From the human T2T-CHM13v2.0 reference genome, Homo sapiens, in NCBI RefSeq assembly GCF_009914755.1, contig NC_060928.1: DNA of 64,000 nt; one strand, given 5' to 3'. This document shows, piece after piece, positions 14,183-28,300 of this stretch. The notes under the pieces are model-generated. The model made no database searches and had not been told where the DNA came from. It saw only the letters and a list, made by a program, of their open reading frames with translations. The position numbers and the translations under genes were made by a program. Numbering within the stretch: position 1 is the first letter of the stretch; every line of letters starts with the position of its first letter.

Positions 14183-14644
14183 TAAGGGAGAAGACTACCC
14201 CTCATATTGTCTTATGCTCAATTTCTGCCTCTAAACAAAGAAGAAGTAAAAACTAAAAGGCAGAAATGAAATCCACAGGCAGACAGCCTGGTGCCGTGCC
14301 CTAGGCCTGGTAGTTAAAGATCGACCCCGACCTAATCAGTTATGTTATCTATAGATCACAGACATTGTACAGAAAAGCACTGTGAAAATCCCTGTCCTGT
14401 TCTGTTCCAATCTGATTAACGGTGCATGCAGCCCCCAGTCATGTACCCGCTGCTTGCTCAAATAATCACGACCCTCTCACACGGACCCCCTTAGAGTTGT
14501 GAGCCCTTAAAAGGGACAGGAATTGCTCACTTGGGGAGCTCAGTTGTTGGAGACGTGAGTCTTGCCGAAGCTCCCAGCTGAATAAAGCCCTTCCCTCTTT
14601 AACTCTGTGTCTGAGGGGTTTTGTCTGCAGCTTGTGCTGCTATA
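14183..14644 (+). mobile_element. LTR2 solo LTR (HERV-E/Harlequin, ERV1)
   Basis: Starts TAAGGGAGAAGACTACCCCTCATATTGTCTTATGC and ends TTGTCTGCAGCTTGTGCTGCTATA; AATAAA at 14581-14586; 4-bp TSD ATAA at 14179-14182 and 14645-14648. Confidence 0.93.
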
Positions 14645-14971
14645 ATAAGTTGAAATGACTTAAATTCAATAATATAGGAAAAGATACATTTATCTGTCCT
14701 AATAACAGAAGAATAAAATCTGTCTTTGCTTTCCCATAAAAAAGTCTCTTTTAAAAACTTACTGAATTATTTATTTATTATTTCAAATAAAAAAATATTG
14801 TTTGTCCCTTTCCAACTATTTGGCTTAAACACTCTATTTCTGACAGAAAAATAACATTTAAAGTATTTTTTCCACATATTGTCTTTCAAATTATCTAAAT
14901 TTATTTTCTAATAAGTGCCATTACTTGTAAAAAGTTTTCTTAGAAATAAATCTACCTAAAATACTTGAAAC

Positions 14972-15074
14972 ACAGAGTTAGAGATCATTTTAAGATGACA
15001 AAACCTAGTGATGGCCCAAGATATTGAATTTATCTAGTTAATTTTCAACTAGATCTAACCATTAAGAATAATTT
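14972..15074 (+). repeat. Donor copy of 103-bp local direct duplication
   Basis: Identical base for base to 17136-17238. Confidence 0.97.
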
Positions 15075-15279
15075 TACTAACAAAATTTTGGTGGAGAAAT
15101 CCCTGAGTTTGCATGTTTGTGCAACATAATTTTAAAGGAAGTTGAAAATAATGATGCTTTCAAAAACTTACGAAAAATTTAAAAATGGTTGACAATGATA
15201 ACATTTATTGAATACTCTTATGTAGTGAAGCAAAAAGTTTAGTTTTAAAAGTGACAGTTTCCCAATATATACCAATTCA

Positions 15280-15610
<331 letters not shown>

Positions 15611-17044
15611 AGAATAAAAGAATATATTTAATATATTTAATAGTTGAAGATAAATAATTTTAGTGCTTATTTTCATTGTTATCCTTGATAGCTTTCAGAA
15701 ATGATGCAACTGACGTTTGTGGAAGAAACACATCTCCTTCCTTATTATCTTCACAGTCATTGCTTGTGGGCTTTATCTATTTATTAACAGAGTCACTTCC
15801 CAAGCTCTGACTCTGCTACAAATATCGATCTTAGAATAAACTGCTGAAGGACAATGGCCCCACGAATTGCTAAGTGTCCTTAAAACAATTAGACTCTTTT
15901 GCTCTTGAACAAATGAATAGTTGAGTTTGTCAGCCAGAACAGACATGGTTGTATTGCCTATGGACAAATTAGACTCCTCAAATATGCCCTCCACGTTTGT
16001 CCTTTTTCTACTTCTCATAATAAACACACATAATGCCTTTTATTTCTATAGGCTTCTTTTCTACGAAATCTTCGTTTGTGGGTATATATGAAAAAGAAGA
16101 ACATTGCATCAGGACACTTCCTTGATGAGTGCTCAATGAGAATCCAGGCTTCTAGCAAAAAATTTAAAATTCAGGAGCATAAAAAAAAAGCAATTCATAA
16201 ATGAGTGAAAGGAGCACTGCAGTTATAAAACAAATAATTATTCCATAGTCACACTTGAAAGTCATTAGTGTGTCTAATTTCTGAATGAAAGATACTGAAC
16301 TATTTTAAAACCGTGTCCACTCATGTGTTCCCAGCTCTGTGCAAAAACATAGCAATACACATATGACCTTTAAATGAAACACACAAATATTTAAAGTCTG
16401 GGTAATTATAAAATGTTTTCATATCTTACAATATTTAAGTAATTCACATAAGTTCATTTTTATTGACTTAGTCAGTGCCAGCACTTATACCCATTTTCTA
16501 CTTATCGGTGACATGAGTTAAGACACCTGACAATGTAAACAGCAATATGATCTCATTTGTGTGGATGATTTAAAATTTTATGTAAAGTTGTGATTTTTCA
16601 AGCCATCCTCAGTTTAGGGATATCTCCTTGAGCTTGAGTAGCTCATTTTTAAACAAAATATTAGAAACTGAATTATTACTACCTGTTTATATTCTGGATC
16701 TATTATTTGACTGCTTAATGTTCATTTTCTCTCATCGATGAAAGAATGAAAACACAAAAAAGATGTTTCTGTATATACATATACATGATAATGAATTATT
16801 TCAATGAAGACTATTCAAAAACAGACACAAGGTTTGTGATTCATTCATTCACCAATTCAGCATCATTTCACATCTATCTAAAATTAGGTACTGTGTTAGC
16901 TGATGCTTCTTGTTTCCTGTTGAGTTCACAGTAGTGGACAAAAAAATACAAACATACCTCACAGATCCACTTCAATGCAATAAATGCGCACTTGAAATGT
17001 ATGTGTCCATCTGAAATTGATCTTTTGAAACAAGTATATGACAG

Positions 17045-17330
17045 GAGTGTGCAGCATGAAAGGAGCATGGGTCTGGGATTTGGAAAACTATTTAGGAAAC
17101 GTGTACTCTGGTTTTGATACTCATTTCATACTCTAACAGAGTTAGAGATCATTTTAAGATGACAAAACCTAGTGATGGCCCAAGATATTGAATTTATCTA
17201 GTTAATTTTCAACTAGATCTAACCATTAAGAATAATTTATCTAATGATTTAACTAATGATACTCATTAGTTGTTGGAACGTTAGAAATTCACTTACATTG
17301 TTTGTGTCTTTCTTGCAAAATACAGGTTTT
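17045..17330 (+). mobile_element. Degenerate MIR interrupted by a templated insertion
   Basis: GCAGCATG..AGAGCATGGGTCTGG start; TCTGGTTTTGATACTCATT|AGTTG..TCACTTA becomes contiguous once 17126-17267 is removed. Confidence 0.55.
17136..17238 (+). repeat. Inserted copy of 103-bp local duplication
   Basis: Identical to 14972-15074; flanked by TGATACTCATT at 17115-17125 and 17257-17267. Confidence 0.97.
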
Positions 17331-19053
17331 TAACATCATATAAATAATTTTTTAGGTAAATCTCTCATTTAAGGATGCTCCTTAATTGAAAGTTCTGATT
17401 TTGTTCGTGTCATCAAATGCTGGATATTTTAACAGCCATTATTATGTTTAAACTACAACCTTAGAAAAACATTGTTGAAACATTATGAAAGGAAAGAATA
17501 AGAAAAATTCCTCTTGTTAATTCTAGTTGCTCTGTAATATTTGTGATTATTTTTACTCAAAATGATAGGGTGACTCTCTATATGTTGTCAAACACCCAAA
17601 CCATGAGAGGTTTATTATCACTATGTATTATAAACATATTACCCTGTGATCTCAGCTGGTGATTATAGAAATATTTTTTCCATTTTTGTAACTTTCTGAA
17701 TATAGATAAAATATTTGAATTCATGCACACTTACTCTTGTTTTCCTATTTAGTCATGGCATCACTTTTTCTCACTTAAGGCAACAACTTTCAGTAGTCAA
17801 AAATTTACCATAAGCAAGTGCTAGTTTGTATGTTTAAGTTTTTCTTAAAGCCTCAGTTAAATAAAGTAAAAGTATGATTTTCTAGCTTCTAACATAACAT
17901 TTTTTCTTTCTGAATTTATGGTATCAGGAAAGAGAGTTTATGGAGATCTCGGAGAAGAGGCCCAGATATGGCCACTCCGCAGTTACATTAAATCATTTAA
18001 ACACAGAAGCCTCCATAGAGACTTGGGGAATGGTTTTTTCTCACTGATATTATTTTTCCATTTGAAAGTCATCCTTGAATTTTAGGCCCAGAATGTGTCT
18101 AAAACAAAAGGCATTATTAATTTTATTAATTGTCATATAATAAAAGTTTGCTTTAAAGATCTTAAAATATATTATATAACAGTAAATATAATACTTCCCT
18201 ATAAATTTAGAAAGCAATTTAATGCAGAAAACCCAACAGGCTCCGCATTAAAGCAAGTAGTGTCCCAGGAAATTTTACGTACAAAACTCAGATGGTCAAG
18301 CTGCGGAAGTGGTGGGGGTGAAGAGCACGTGATGCCTCCTCATGGGATGAGCCAGATCAGTGAGAAATCTGCAGGGAAATATGAGCCAGAAAATGGGGCA
18401 CAGTGATCTCATTAAGAAGAATTAACAAAACAATGACAATGAAAAGCCAGAGTGTTTATTTTAAACATTCTGATAATGCACAAATTATCCATATATTTTT
18501 GGTTAATACTGAGACACAAAGGATCTTTAGAAAATCAGACAGGTACTTCCTTTTCTATTTAATCTAACTTTAAAAAACCATAAAATTTACATTAGAAAAT
18601 ATATTCAAATAACTAGAAAAAATGTTCATTAAAAATCCAAACTATGTAATTAACAACTGAATATTTACACCGTATTTACACCTTTCCTTACTTCTGTGAC
18701 TTGCCATGATGGATGACACATGTCCCACCTTCACCAGCATGTGATAGAGAAAGAAGAAATATTGATATGTAGAAAAGAATATGCCCCATGAAACTTATGC
18801 CAGTCTGAACATAAATGGAATGTAATTTCCAGAAAGTGTCATATTTGAGAATCAGTCAGAAGTATTTGAAGTGTAATCGTAATTTAACATAATTAATAGA
18901 TTTTAATGGATTCGAATTCATGCATAAACAAACAAGAAGAGCTTAAGAAAAATGATTTTAGTGGTAGACAAAAATAAGTTGTCTTTGGGTAGATTACCTG
19001 GATGTAATTTTGCTTATCTTGTATAAAAATGGCAGCTTAAGAGAATGTATCTG

Positions 19054-19417
<364 letters not shown>

Positions 19418-20646
19418 TTATGAGAACAAATTTATAGGTATTCTTGAACAAAAGGGGTAACTCTTTTTGCTTTGTATTTTAAAAGGCAGTTGGGTCAACA
19501 TTCCTCATTATCACATAAGAGTTCTCATTTAACACTGGTCACTTTCAAGCTAGCCCTGTTACTTCAGTGAAATTAAGAGCCACTTTACTGGACTCTTTTT
19601 GATCTGTGAACATGGGCTCCCACGTGTTATTGAGTGAGATTTGGAACCTAAAATTTTAGCACAGATTTAAACAATGAGAGTCACAGTAATTGGGTTTATA
19701 ATTCTCTACTTCTACAAAAGGAAACATTGATTTCTCAATTTCAGGATAAAACAGATAATCATAAGAAAATGATTATAATTACTATCAACTAGATATCCCA
19801 AGAGATTTTAAATACATTTAGAGAAATAAGTTGTTTCACTCTCTAAACTACATCATTAGTAGTATTTCCAAAAAGTGCTTATTTTTGCAAAAGTTAGGCA
19901 TAGATTTGGCAGTTTAAAATACGAAAGAGGTCTTTTTTAATAGCTTTCATTTTTCCTAGTATTTCTAATGCCTCCCCTTTGTTACTTCTTTTATCTTCTT
20001 CCCATGATTAAGAATGCCTAATTTCCTAGTATTGTTATTTGAATAATAATATTAATTTTCCACTCATGCAGTCCTGAATTTACTTGTGAACTAATTTAAC
20101 AAATTGCTGTAAAAAACCAATAGAATTGGACATTTGAATCTTAGTTGTGACATCATTTGAGTGTATGTACACTTAAGAATGTGTGTATGTTTTGTCATTC
20201 TCCTGTATTATTCAACTGTTTATTTTCAATATCATGTATTTCTCCCTTTAATTCCTTTTGTTCCAAGTAGACTATGTATTTTCCCCTTTACAAACACTCT
20301 TATCTGAAACAACATTTATACACAAATATTATTACTTATCTATCTCAACTGTGGACCTTTACATTTTTTTAAATAATTGTAGTTTTACTTTTTTCACTAC
20401 ATTTTTAGATTTTTTTTGTAGTTTTATTTTTTGGATTACAGATTGGGTGCTCATCAATAATTGAGCCTTTAGCTTCCTTTTTTCTAATATTTAGCACTTT
20501 AAATTCTTTATTTTAACAAATATACTTTTTAAAAATTTCCAAGTATATTTATTTTTTCTAAGATTATTATTTATAGTAATTTGAGATACATGTATACACA
20601 TATTATCTCCTTAACTTTATCTAAGGGCTACTAATTATTAGTTTAG

Positions 20647-20946
<300 letters not shown>

Positions 20947-21119
20947 TAGTTTTTAATTTGTCTTCATTTTCATTCACTTTCTCTGTCTCCAAATAATATG
21001 TATTCATCTACTGTGACATGGACATGTATTTAATTAACAAATTAATTAGATAGAACCCCTTCTTACTTTTATTTTCATGACTCCATAGTCAGAATTTCCC
21101 TCAGGGATAGCTTTTATAT

Positions 21120-21313
21120 CAATAGTTAATGTGCATGTAGTACTATGTTCCAGGCGTCCCTTCCAAGGTTCAGTGTATTTTAATATATTTAGCTATTGTG
21201 AGATGATAGATAACTTGCTCAGGGTCATAATGCCAATAAATGATGGAGCCAAAATACAAACACTAGGGCTGCAGTTACAAACGTGTTGCTTGTAATCACT
21301 ATATTGTACCGCC
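21120..21313 (-). mobile_element. MIR
   Basis: TAACTTGCTCAGGGTCATA..GCCAATAAATGATGGAGCC..AATACAAAC; end TAATCACTAT. Confidence 0.7.
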
Positions 21314-21705
21314 CTTCACAGAAACTGCTTTTGTTATTAGGAGAGTGTTTGATGACAAAAGCCATATCATATTACTAATCAAAAGATATCTTTCTATTAG
21401 GATACATATCATCCCTCACGCTCCAAGAAAAAAGTAAAAAAAAGAAAAGAACTATATAGCTATTTATTGATGTGTATTTTGATTGTGCATGCAGTTTTTC
21501 AACGATCAAAATATCAGATTCATAAAATGATTATATAAAATTCAGGAGTTCAGAGTTTTTTTCCCAAAAGGATAATTGTTATATTTCAGATAAGTGATAT
21601 ATTTCAGTTCAAAATCTGTATACACTTTGGTTAACTAGGACCTGTCAGTTCACAACCAACTAGTTAGTTCCATATAAAAATAGTAGCACTAGCTGTTTAT
21701 ACAGA

Positions 21706-22592
21706 TTTTTTTTTAAATTCCACTTTCATTCTAGCTTCAGGAGGTACCTGTGCAGGTTTGTTACAAGGATATATTGTGTGATGCTGAGGTTTGCGGTATG
21801 ATTGAACTCCTGGCACAGTTAGTGAGCATAGTACTCAATAGGTAGTTATGCAACTCTTGCCTCCTTTTCCACTTACCCATCTTGTATTCCCCAGCACCTA
21901 TTGTTCCCATCTTTATGTCCATGTGTAACCAAAGTTTGACCCCCAGTTATAAGCAAGATCATGCAGTATTTGGTTTTCTGTTTGTGTGTTAAGTCATTTA
22001 GGATGTTGGCCTCCAGCTGCATCCATGTTGCTGCAAAGCACATGATTTCACTTTTTCTTATGGCTGGGTAGTATTCTGTGTTGTATACATACCACATTTT
22101 TTAAATCTAATCCACTGTTGATAGGCACCTGAGTTGGTTCCATATCTTTGCTATTGTGAACAGTGCCATGATGAACATATGGGTACACATGTCCTTTTGG
22201 TAGAAGGATTTATTTTCCTTTGGGTATATACTCAGTATTGGGATTGCTGAGATTAACAGTAGTTCTGTTTTAAGTTATTTGAGAAATCTTCAAACTGTTT
22301 TTCACAGTGGCTGAACTAATTTACATTCCCACCAACAGTGTGCAAGCATTCCCTTTTCCCTGCAGCCTCGTTAACATCTGTTATTTTTTGACTGTTTAGT
22401 AACAACCATTCTGACTGGTGAGATGGTGAGATGATATCTCATTGTGGTTTTGATTTGCATTTCTCTGATGATTAGTGATGCTGAGCATTTTTTCATACTT
22501 GCTGTCCTCTTTTGTATCTTCTTTTGAGGAGTAGCTGTTTATAACCTTTGCCCATTTTTTCATGGAGTTGTTTGTTTTCCTTGTTGATTTGT
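21706..22592 (-). mobile_element. L1 3' end (L1PA15/16-like), 5'-truncated
   Basis: 3'UTR GTGCAGGTTTGTTACAAGG..TGTGTGATGCTGAGGTTT; ORF2 C-terminal-like MWYVYNTEYYPAIRKSEIMCFAATWMQLE (ORF 21873-22097). Confidence 0.92.
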
Positions 22593-23908
22593 TAGTAATT
22601 TTTAATCTTAGCTTTTATTTGTAAGATAAATGATGTGCTGTGTATATTTTTGTATATGTGAATTATTGTTATTGTATTATGTAGTGCATTTACATGAGTG
22701 CATTATTATCAAGAAATAAAAAATTAAGATTATTTTCAAATTTTTGAGAAATTCAAAGGTTGCACTTGTGATATGACTGCCAATTATATTATCAAACATA
22801 ATGGAGTATATTTACAATTTATTTAATCCAAGTTAATATAATCCTGAGAGGAACAGTTATTGCAAACAAACAGTAACATACTTTGTGCAAAATTAAGTAA
22901 AAACAAAATCTCTTAAATAATACCTTCTCTCCTGCAGAAAGAATAAAAGGAATTCTTGAATAGAGAAGAAAGGGAATATGTGCTTTCTGTATCCTCCAAC
23001 TGGACATAGATATTAAAGCTTAAATCTTGCAATTCTGTTATGTATTCTAAATATGTGTTAAAATACCTGGTTAAGATCTGTCATCAATTAAGTAAACAAA
23101 CTTTAGGCTAATGAGAAAGCTGTCAACAATGACACAATCTTTTCAGTTGCAAATAGCTGTTAAGAACTCCACTTGAAATGCCTGTCTTCATTGATAAAAG
23201 AGATATGATGCTTCAACTTTTATCTTAATACATCTACCTTTTTCTATTCTAAGGTATTAAAACAATCTCAATATAATTACTCAGAGTAGATTTATGAAAA
23301 GTGTTCGGTAACTTCACATTATTGGTAAGTGCAAAAGTGGAAAATAATTTTGTGATAAATTAAATATGACAAGATGGTTTGGGGATTTTGACAAGGAGTG
23401 ATAAGATTTTATGGAAGTGTCATCGACTCACAGTCTGCTTTGACATGTTGGGAGTGAAAACCTAATATAGGGCAGGTCTATAAAGCTACTTGTGTAGAGA
23501 AATGACAGACATCTGCCAACACTCATGGATGAAATGAGATGGTTAGTTCCTAGACAGAAAAGGAGAGAGAGCAGGAAAGAAAAGTCATTCAGGCAATATT
23601 TTCAAGTATGTTGGGTAAAGTACATTAGAAATGATTAGAAAAAGATACACAAACTAAAATTGACTTCTGACTAAGGAAGTTTACTTATCTAGATCGTAAT
23701 CATTTACTTTTTATACTTTCAGTGTTTTGACTGAAATAAATTCAGGTTAGATTAAGCCAAACACAGCTACATTTTCCTTATGAAAAACTCTCCTAATAAT
23801 TTATAGGAAAACATACTGTCTCTTGAGACTTCTATATTCCAGTAGGATCAAAGAGCTTTGAACAGAAAAAATAGTTCCCATTAAAATAACTAGAAAAGCA
23901 TTCGTCTG

Positions 23909-24008
23909 TATCTATATCTCTATATAGGTGCACATACATAGGTATATAGACAAACACATATATATGTACATGTATATTTGTGTATTTGTGTAGATATAGA
24001 GATAGATT
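23909..24008. repeat. Degenerate (TA)/(CA) low-complexity repeat
   Basis: TATCTATATCTCTATATA...ACACATATATATGTACATGTATAT...GATATAGAGATAGA. Confidence 0.75.
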
Positions 24009-24479
24009 GGAAGATATTTAAGAAGTGATGAAGCAACCAGGACTTCAGAAGCCATAATCCTGAAGGAGAAAGGGTACAAAGAAATAAGTGAAAATGGCAA
24101 GGCTCACACTTAAATTTATTCATATATTAAAAAAAACATACAAGAGGCAGAATTAGACAAAGGCAGAAATGAATGGAGATTAAGGAAACATATCATCTTC
24201 TATCTCCATCCACCTCTTCCTCCTCCTGCATACCTTTAAATTCTGATCACTACCATCCTCCACACCTGTGCACACAGTCTGTCTGCTTTGCATCTTTTTA
24301 CTTTTACTATTCTTGGCTTGTGAATTTTTATTCATTTTTATCCAAGAACCAATAAAAAATTCACCATTTTTTCTGAGTTTATTTTTCCATACTGATTTTG
24401 CTCACACCTTCTCTCCTTTTCAGAGACAATTAATTTCTCCATGTAAAATCCAACTGGAATGTGTCACAGAAGCTGTGAG

Positions 24480-24660
24480 GTGTACCAGAAAGATCACTAG
24501 CATATTGAAAGTCAAAGGGAAGTCATTTTCAATCCCATTCTTCTATTTTTCAGTATGTGACCTTGGAGAAGGCATTTATCACTTGAGAAATTGATAACTT
24601 TGGCTCTATACAGAAGGATTATATATTTTAGGTTATTACAAAGAGTAAAGCTAGCTTAAG
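24480..24660 (+). mobile_element. MIR fragment
   Basis: TTCAATCCC..CAGTATGTGACCTTGGAGAAGGCATTTA. Confidence 0.55.
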
Positions 24661-24754
24661 GCATAAAACATAAGTTAATATTTTATTTTATATATGTTAA
24701 TATTTTATTTTATTTACCTAATAAGCAAAATAGTTATTATAAAAACTAAAACAC

Positions 24755-25337
24755 TTTTAGAACTTCTTAATATGCCATACCTTGTTAAAATGTATTGAAA
24801 CCTTGGGAATGTGCCATGCATTATTCTAAAATCTTTTTCTAAGATATTATATTTAATACCTTTTCTAATCCTCACAGCAGTTTATAAAGCTGATAAGACT
24901 TTTACTCCCATTTTACTTTTAGAAAATAAGTACTGGCCGGGCACGGTGTCTCATGCCTGTAATCCCAGCACTTTGGGAGGCCAGGGTAGGCGGATCACGA
25001 GGCCAGGAGATCCAGACCAACCTGGCTAACATGGTGAAACTCAGTCTCTACTAAAAATACAGAAAATTAGCCAGGCGTAGTGGCATACACCTGTAGTCCC
25101 AGCTACTCAGGAGACTGAGGCAGGAGAATCACTTGAACCTGGGAGGTAGAGGTTGCAGTGAGCCTAGATCGCTCCACTGCACTCCAGCCTGGGCGACAGA
25201 GCAAGACTACATCTCAAAAAAAAAAAAAAAAAAAAAGAAAAGAAATGTTATGTAAGGGTTATCCTGCCTGATACCACAGAGCTGGCAAATACTAGAGTCA
25301 AAATTTAAACCTAGACGCTGTGACTACAGGACTCTAT
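24755..25337 (-). mobile_element. MIR split by an Alu insertion
   Basis: TAATCCTCACAGCAG..CCCATTTTAC left of the Alu; CACAGAGCTGGCAAAT..AGAGTCAAAATTTAAACCTAG..TGACT right of it. Confidence 0.7.
24935..25245 (+). mobile_element. AluSc-like, full length
   Basis: GGATCACGAGG.CAGGAGATC, CTGGCTAACA and TGTAGTCCC, but AATCACTTGAACC (not AluY); long A tail. Confidence 0.93.
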
Positions 25338-28300
25338 TTGGCTGTCAAACATGAACTTGAAACATCCTTGGTGTTTGCAATTTTCCTAAAAACTTCCTCC
25401 TCTTTTCTTTGCAATCTGCTTTGATTTTTGCTATTATGTTGGATGTTTTTTCCTGCTTTGACCCAGCTTTTGGAATTTAGATTTCATCTAAACCCTTCCA
25501 TATTTCAATATCAAAACCACTACCAATTACTGAAATGTTACAACTACCACTTTCTATTCAAGTCTTGTGTTCCACTGTATTTCCACTGATTTCAACCTTC
25601 ACTTAGCCAGTAGTCCTATGGATTCCTTCCATAGAAAAAGACATTTCCCTAGGTCTTCAAAGGAACAAGACAGGTAGGACTATTCATGTTTTTAAATAAA
25701 TAAGCCTTAAGATATATGTGTTTAGTATTATTTAGCGCTTCAAAATACTATCAAGTGCCATAATGAAAATGACCTTGACTTGCGTAAAGAGTTTCATCAT
25801 TGATTAACATAAAAACAATTTACATGTATGGACTTTCCCAAGTTAGTTTTTTCTTATTTTCTAAATATCACTCCCTTACTTGCCATATCCATGGAACATG
25901 CACTTTTATATTTATACAAACACTTTCTTCCAGAAAAAAAAATCCAAAAAAACAATGTAGGGTGACAACCCTAGTCCTATAGTAAGAGCTTTGAATCATT
26001 TGTGTAATTTTTATTTTTTAATTTATGATAGATTGATATGATAAATCTAAATGCAAAATTGAGTTTGAATTTTATTTTTACAAAATCAAGGTTTTCTGTT
26101 TACAAGTTTTTTCATCAAGATTCCTAGTAATTCATTGACAATATAAAAAGATGAAGATTAAATGAATGTGTGAAGCAGAATTTGTTTTGCTCTTTTTGTC
26201 TGAGAATAAGTTTTCAGTGTAAAGCATTAACTTTGTAATTCAAATAAAAAATTGAAGGGTTTTTAACTGAAGGTATGTAGTAAGCCTAAGGACACATAAT
26301 AAAAAACAATCACTTTCTTTGATTTGTGTGGCAGAACTATTCAACAATATTGTAAAGGTGTTAATGCAAATATTCTTGCTAACTTTGCTTTTGGCACCTA
26401 TAGTCCCAGTTGTAATATTCCAAAGATTAAACATCCTCAGTCAAAACAAACTAAAAAGAATAATTTTAGCAGAGGTATCTGTACTACCTGATATTCTGCT
26501 TCAATCCTCTAGTAACATAGAAAAAGTATGGAATTTTGTGACTCTGATTTAATACTGGTTCTGGATGTAAAATGATCATAAAGCCCAAGAACAGATATAG
26601 AGCCCGAAGGAAGCACAGTGTGCTGAGAATCAGCATTTATTGCTTTATGAGGTCTGAACTGTAGTAGAAAGATGCTAAACTCACTCTATGCATCTGTCAT
26701 ATGATAAAATACCCTTTCAGCTATACGTTATTAATCCTGGCAATGTTCTACCAAAAACAGGTTTCAGAGACTTTAACAGGACTTATTGTGAACTCCTTTA
26801 CCTAGAAATATGTGAGCATGAAACAAGTAAACTCATATATATGGCCACTGTGCTGGTATCAAATGTTCATAGTAGCATATTTTTCATGAATTATTTTTGA
26901 AATCTGTATAACAGTAAGGTTGTCCACCTATAAAAGCAATTGATAGTTTATTCTCTAGTGGGGAGAAATAGATGTTCATAACTAGTCCAAAATAGTTACA
27001 TAAACTCTTGGTCTAAATTTAATCACTTGCCAGCATAATAAAATCATCATCCTGTTTAGTTACTATCCTAGAGAGCAGAATGTGCATAATCTGTTTTAGT
27101 TGGACTGAATTCAAGCTGCATTTTTTTAGAAAATCAGATTTTGATATTTTTTCTGTAACAAGAAAGCCTTCCTCCAGTAATAAATCATCTTCCCAGAAGG
27201 CTCATTAAAGTAAAAGCTTCAAAGTAAACTGTGACTGGGCATTTCATAATAAGGACACTCCACTCTTGCCAGGTGTATAATGAAAATATGAGTCCCCTCT
27301 ATTCTTTATCCATTAGTGGGCCAAAATATTCATTTATTAGATTAATAATTGGTGCTCTGAAAAGCACAACGAGTGTGGCTCTGAGCAAATAAGCAACAGC
27401 TGATCATAGGTTTAAAGTAAAGATTGAGAAGTACGGGGTTTGAGAGGAGGGGACGAATTAACTTGGGAGACTGAAAGCATCATGTGAGCAAGCTTTGGAC
27501 AGAAGATCGTGGGAATAGCTGCCAAAATGAGCAAAAATTAGGGAATGTGGGCAGAAATAAAAGAGGCCAAAGTGGAAAGATTCTGAGATTAGCATTTGCT
27601 AAACTTAGTTTGTAACCAGAAATACTAAAGGGGAGTTGTTTAAAAATACTAATTCTGAGGCACACCTTCATAACTTAGTGTTAATGTTATTATTTTTTTA
27701 ACTCATAATTATGCTCATTTCTGGATTTGGAAGCCATTGAATTAAGGAGTTCATGTGCTACTTTATCCACTATATACATATGGGAAGCTATTTACTGAAA
27801 TGTAATGAAACTGACAACACATTTTTGCGCCATTTCTTTGTAAGAATATCCAGACATAAAGCATAGAAATAGGTGAAAAAGAACATTTGAAAGGATATCA
27901 TTGTTATATTGAGGAAAAGGAGGAGATGTGGGGCATGCTGGGTGTGCTAGGGTCAAACATACTGAGAACTTAAACTAAACCTTAAATGCCTTCATTTCTC
28001 AGAAAGTTTTACATCATTTATAATTCATATCTAGAGATAAAAACTTTTATAATTGTAAAATACTCAAAAAAGCAGGGGTTCAATATTTCATATACAAGCT
28101 CCATAGTTTGGCTGCTGTCTTAAGTGTTAAAAGAAAATAATTAATATGATAGACTAGTTTCTATTTTGGTAGTGGAGCAGGACTGTGACTCACTCCACAG
28201 GAGAAATGGTTAGAAATAAAGAAATATAAGGCTCCAAGAACACTCTTCCTAGAGACAAATGCTCAGATATTACTTCCTTTATACAGACAAGATGACTATG

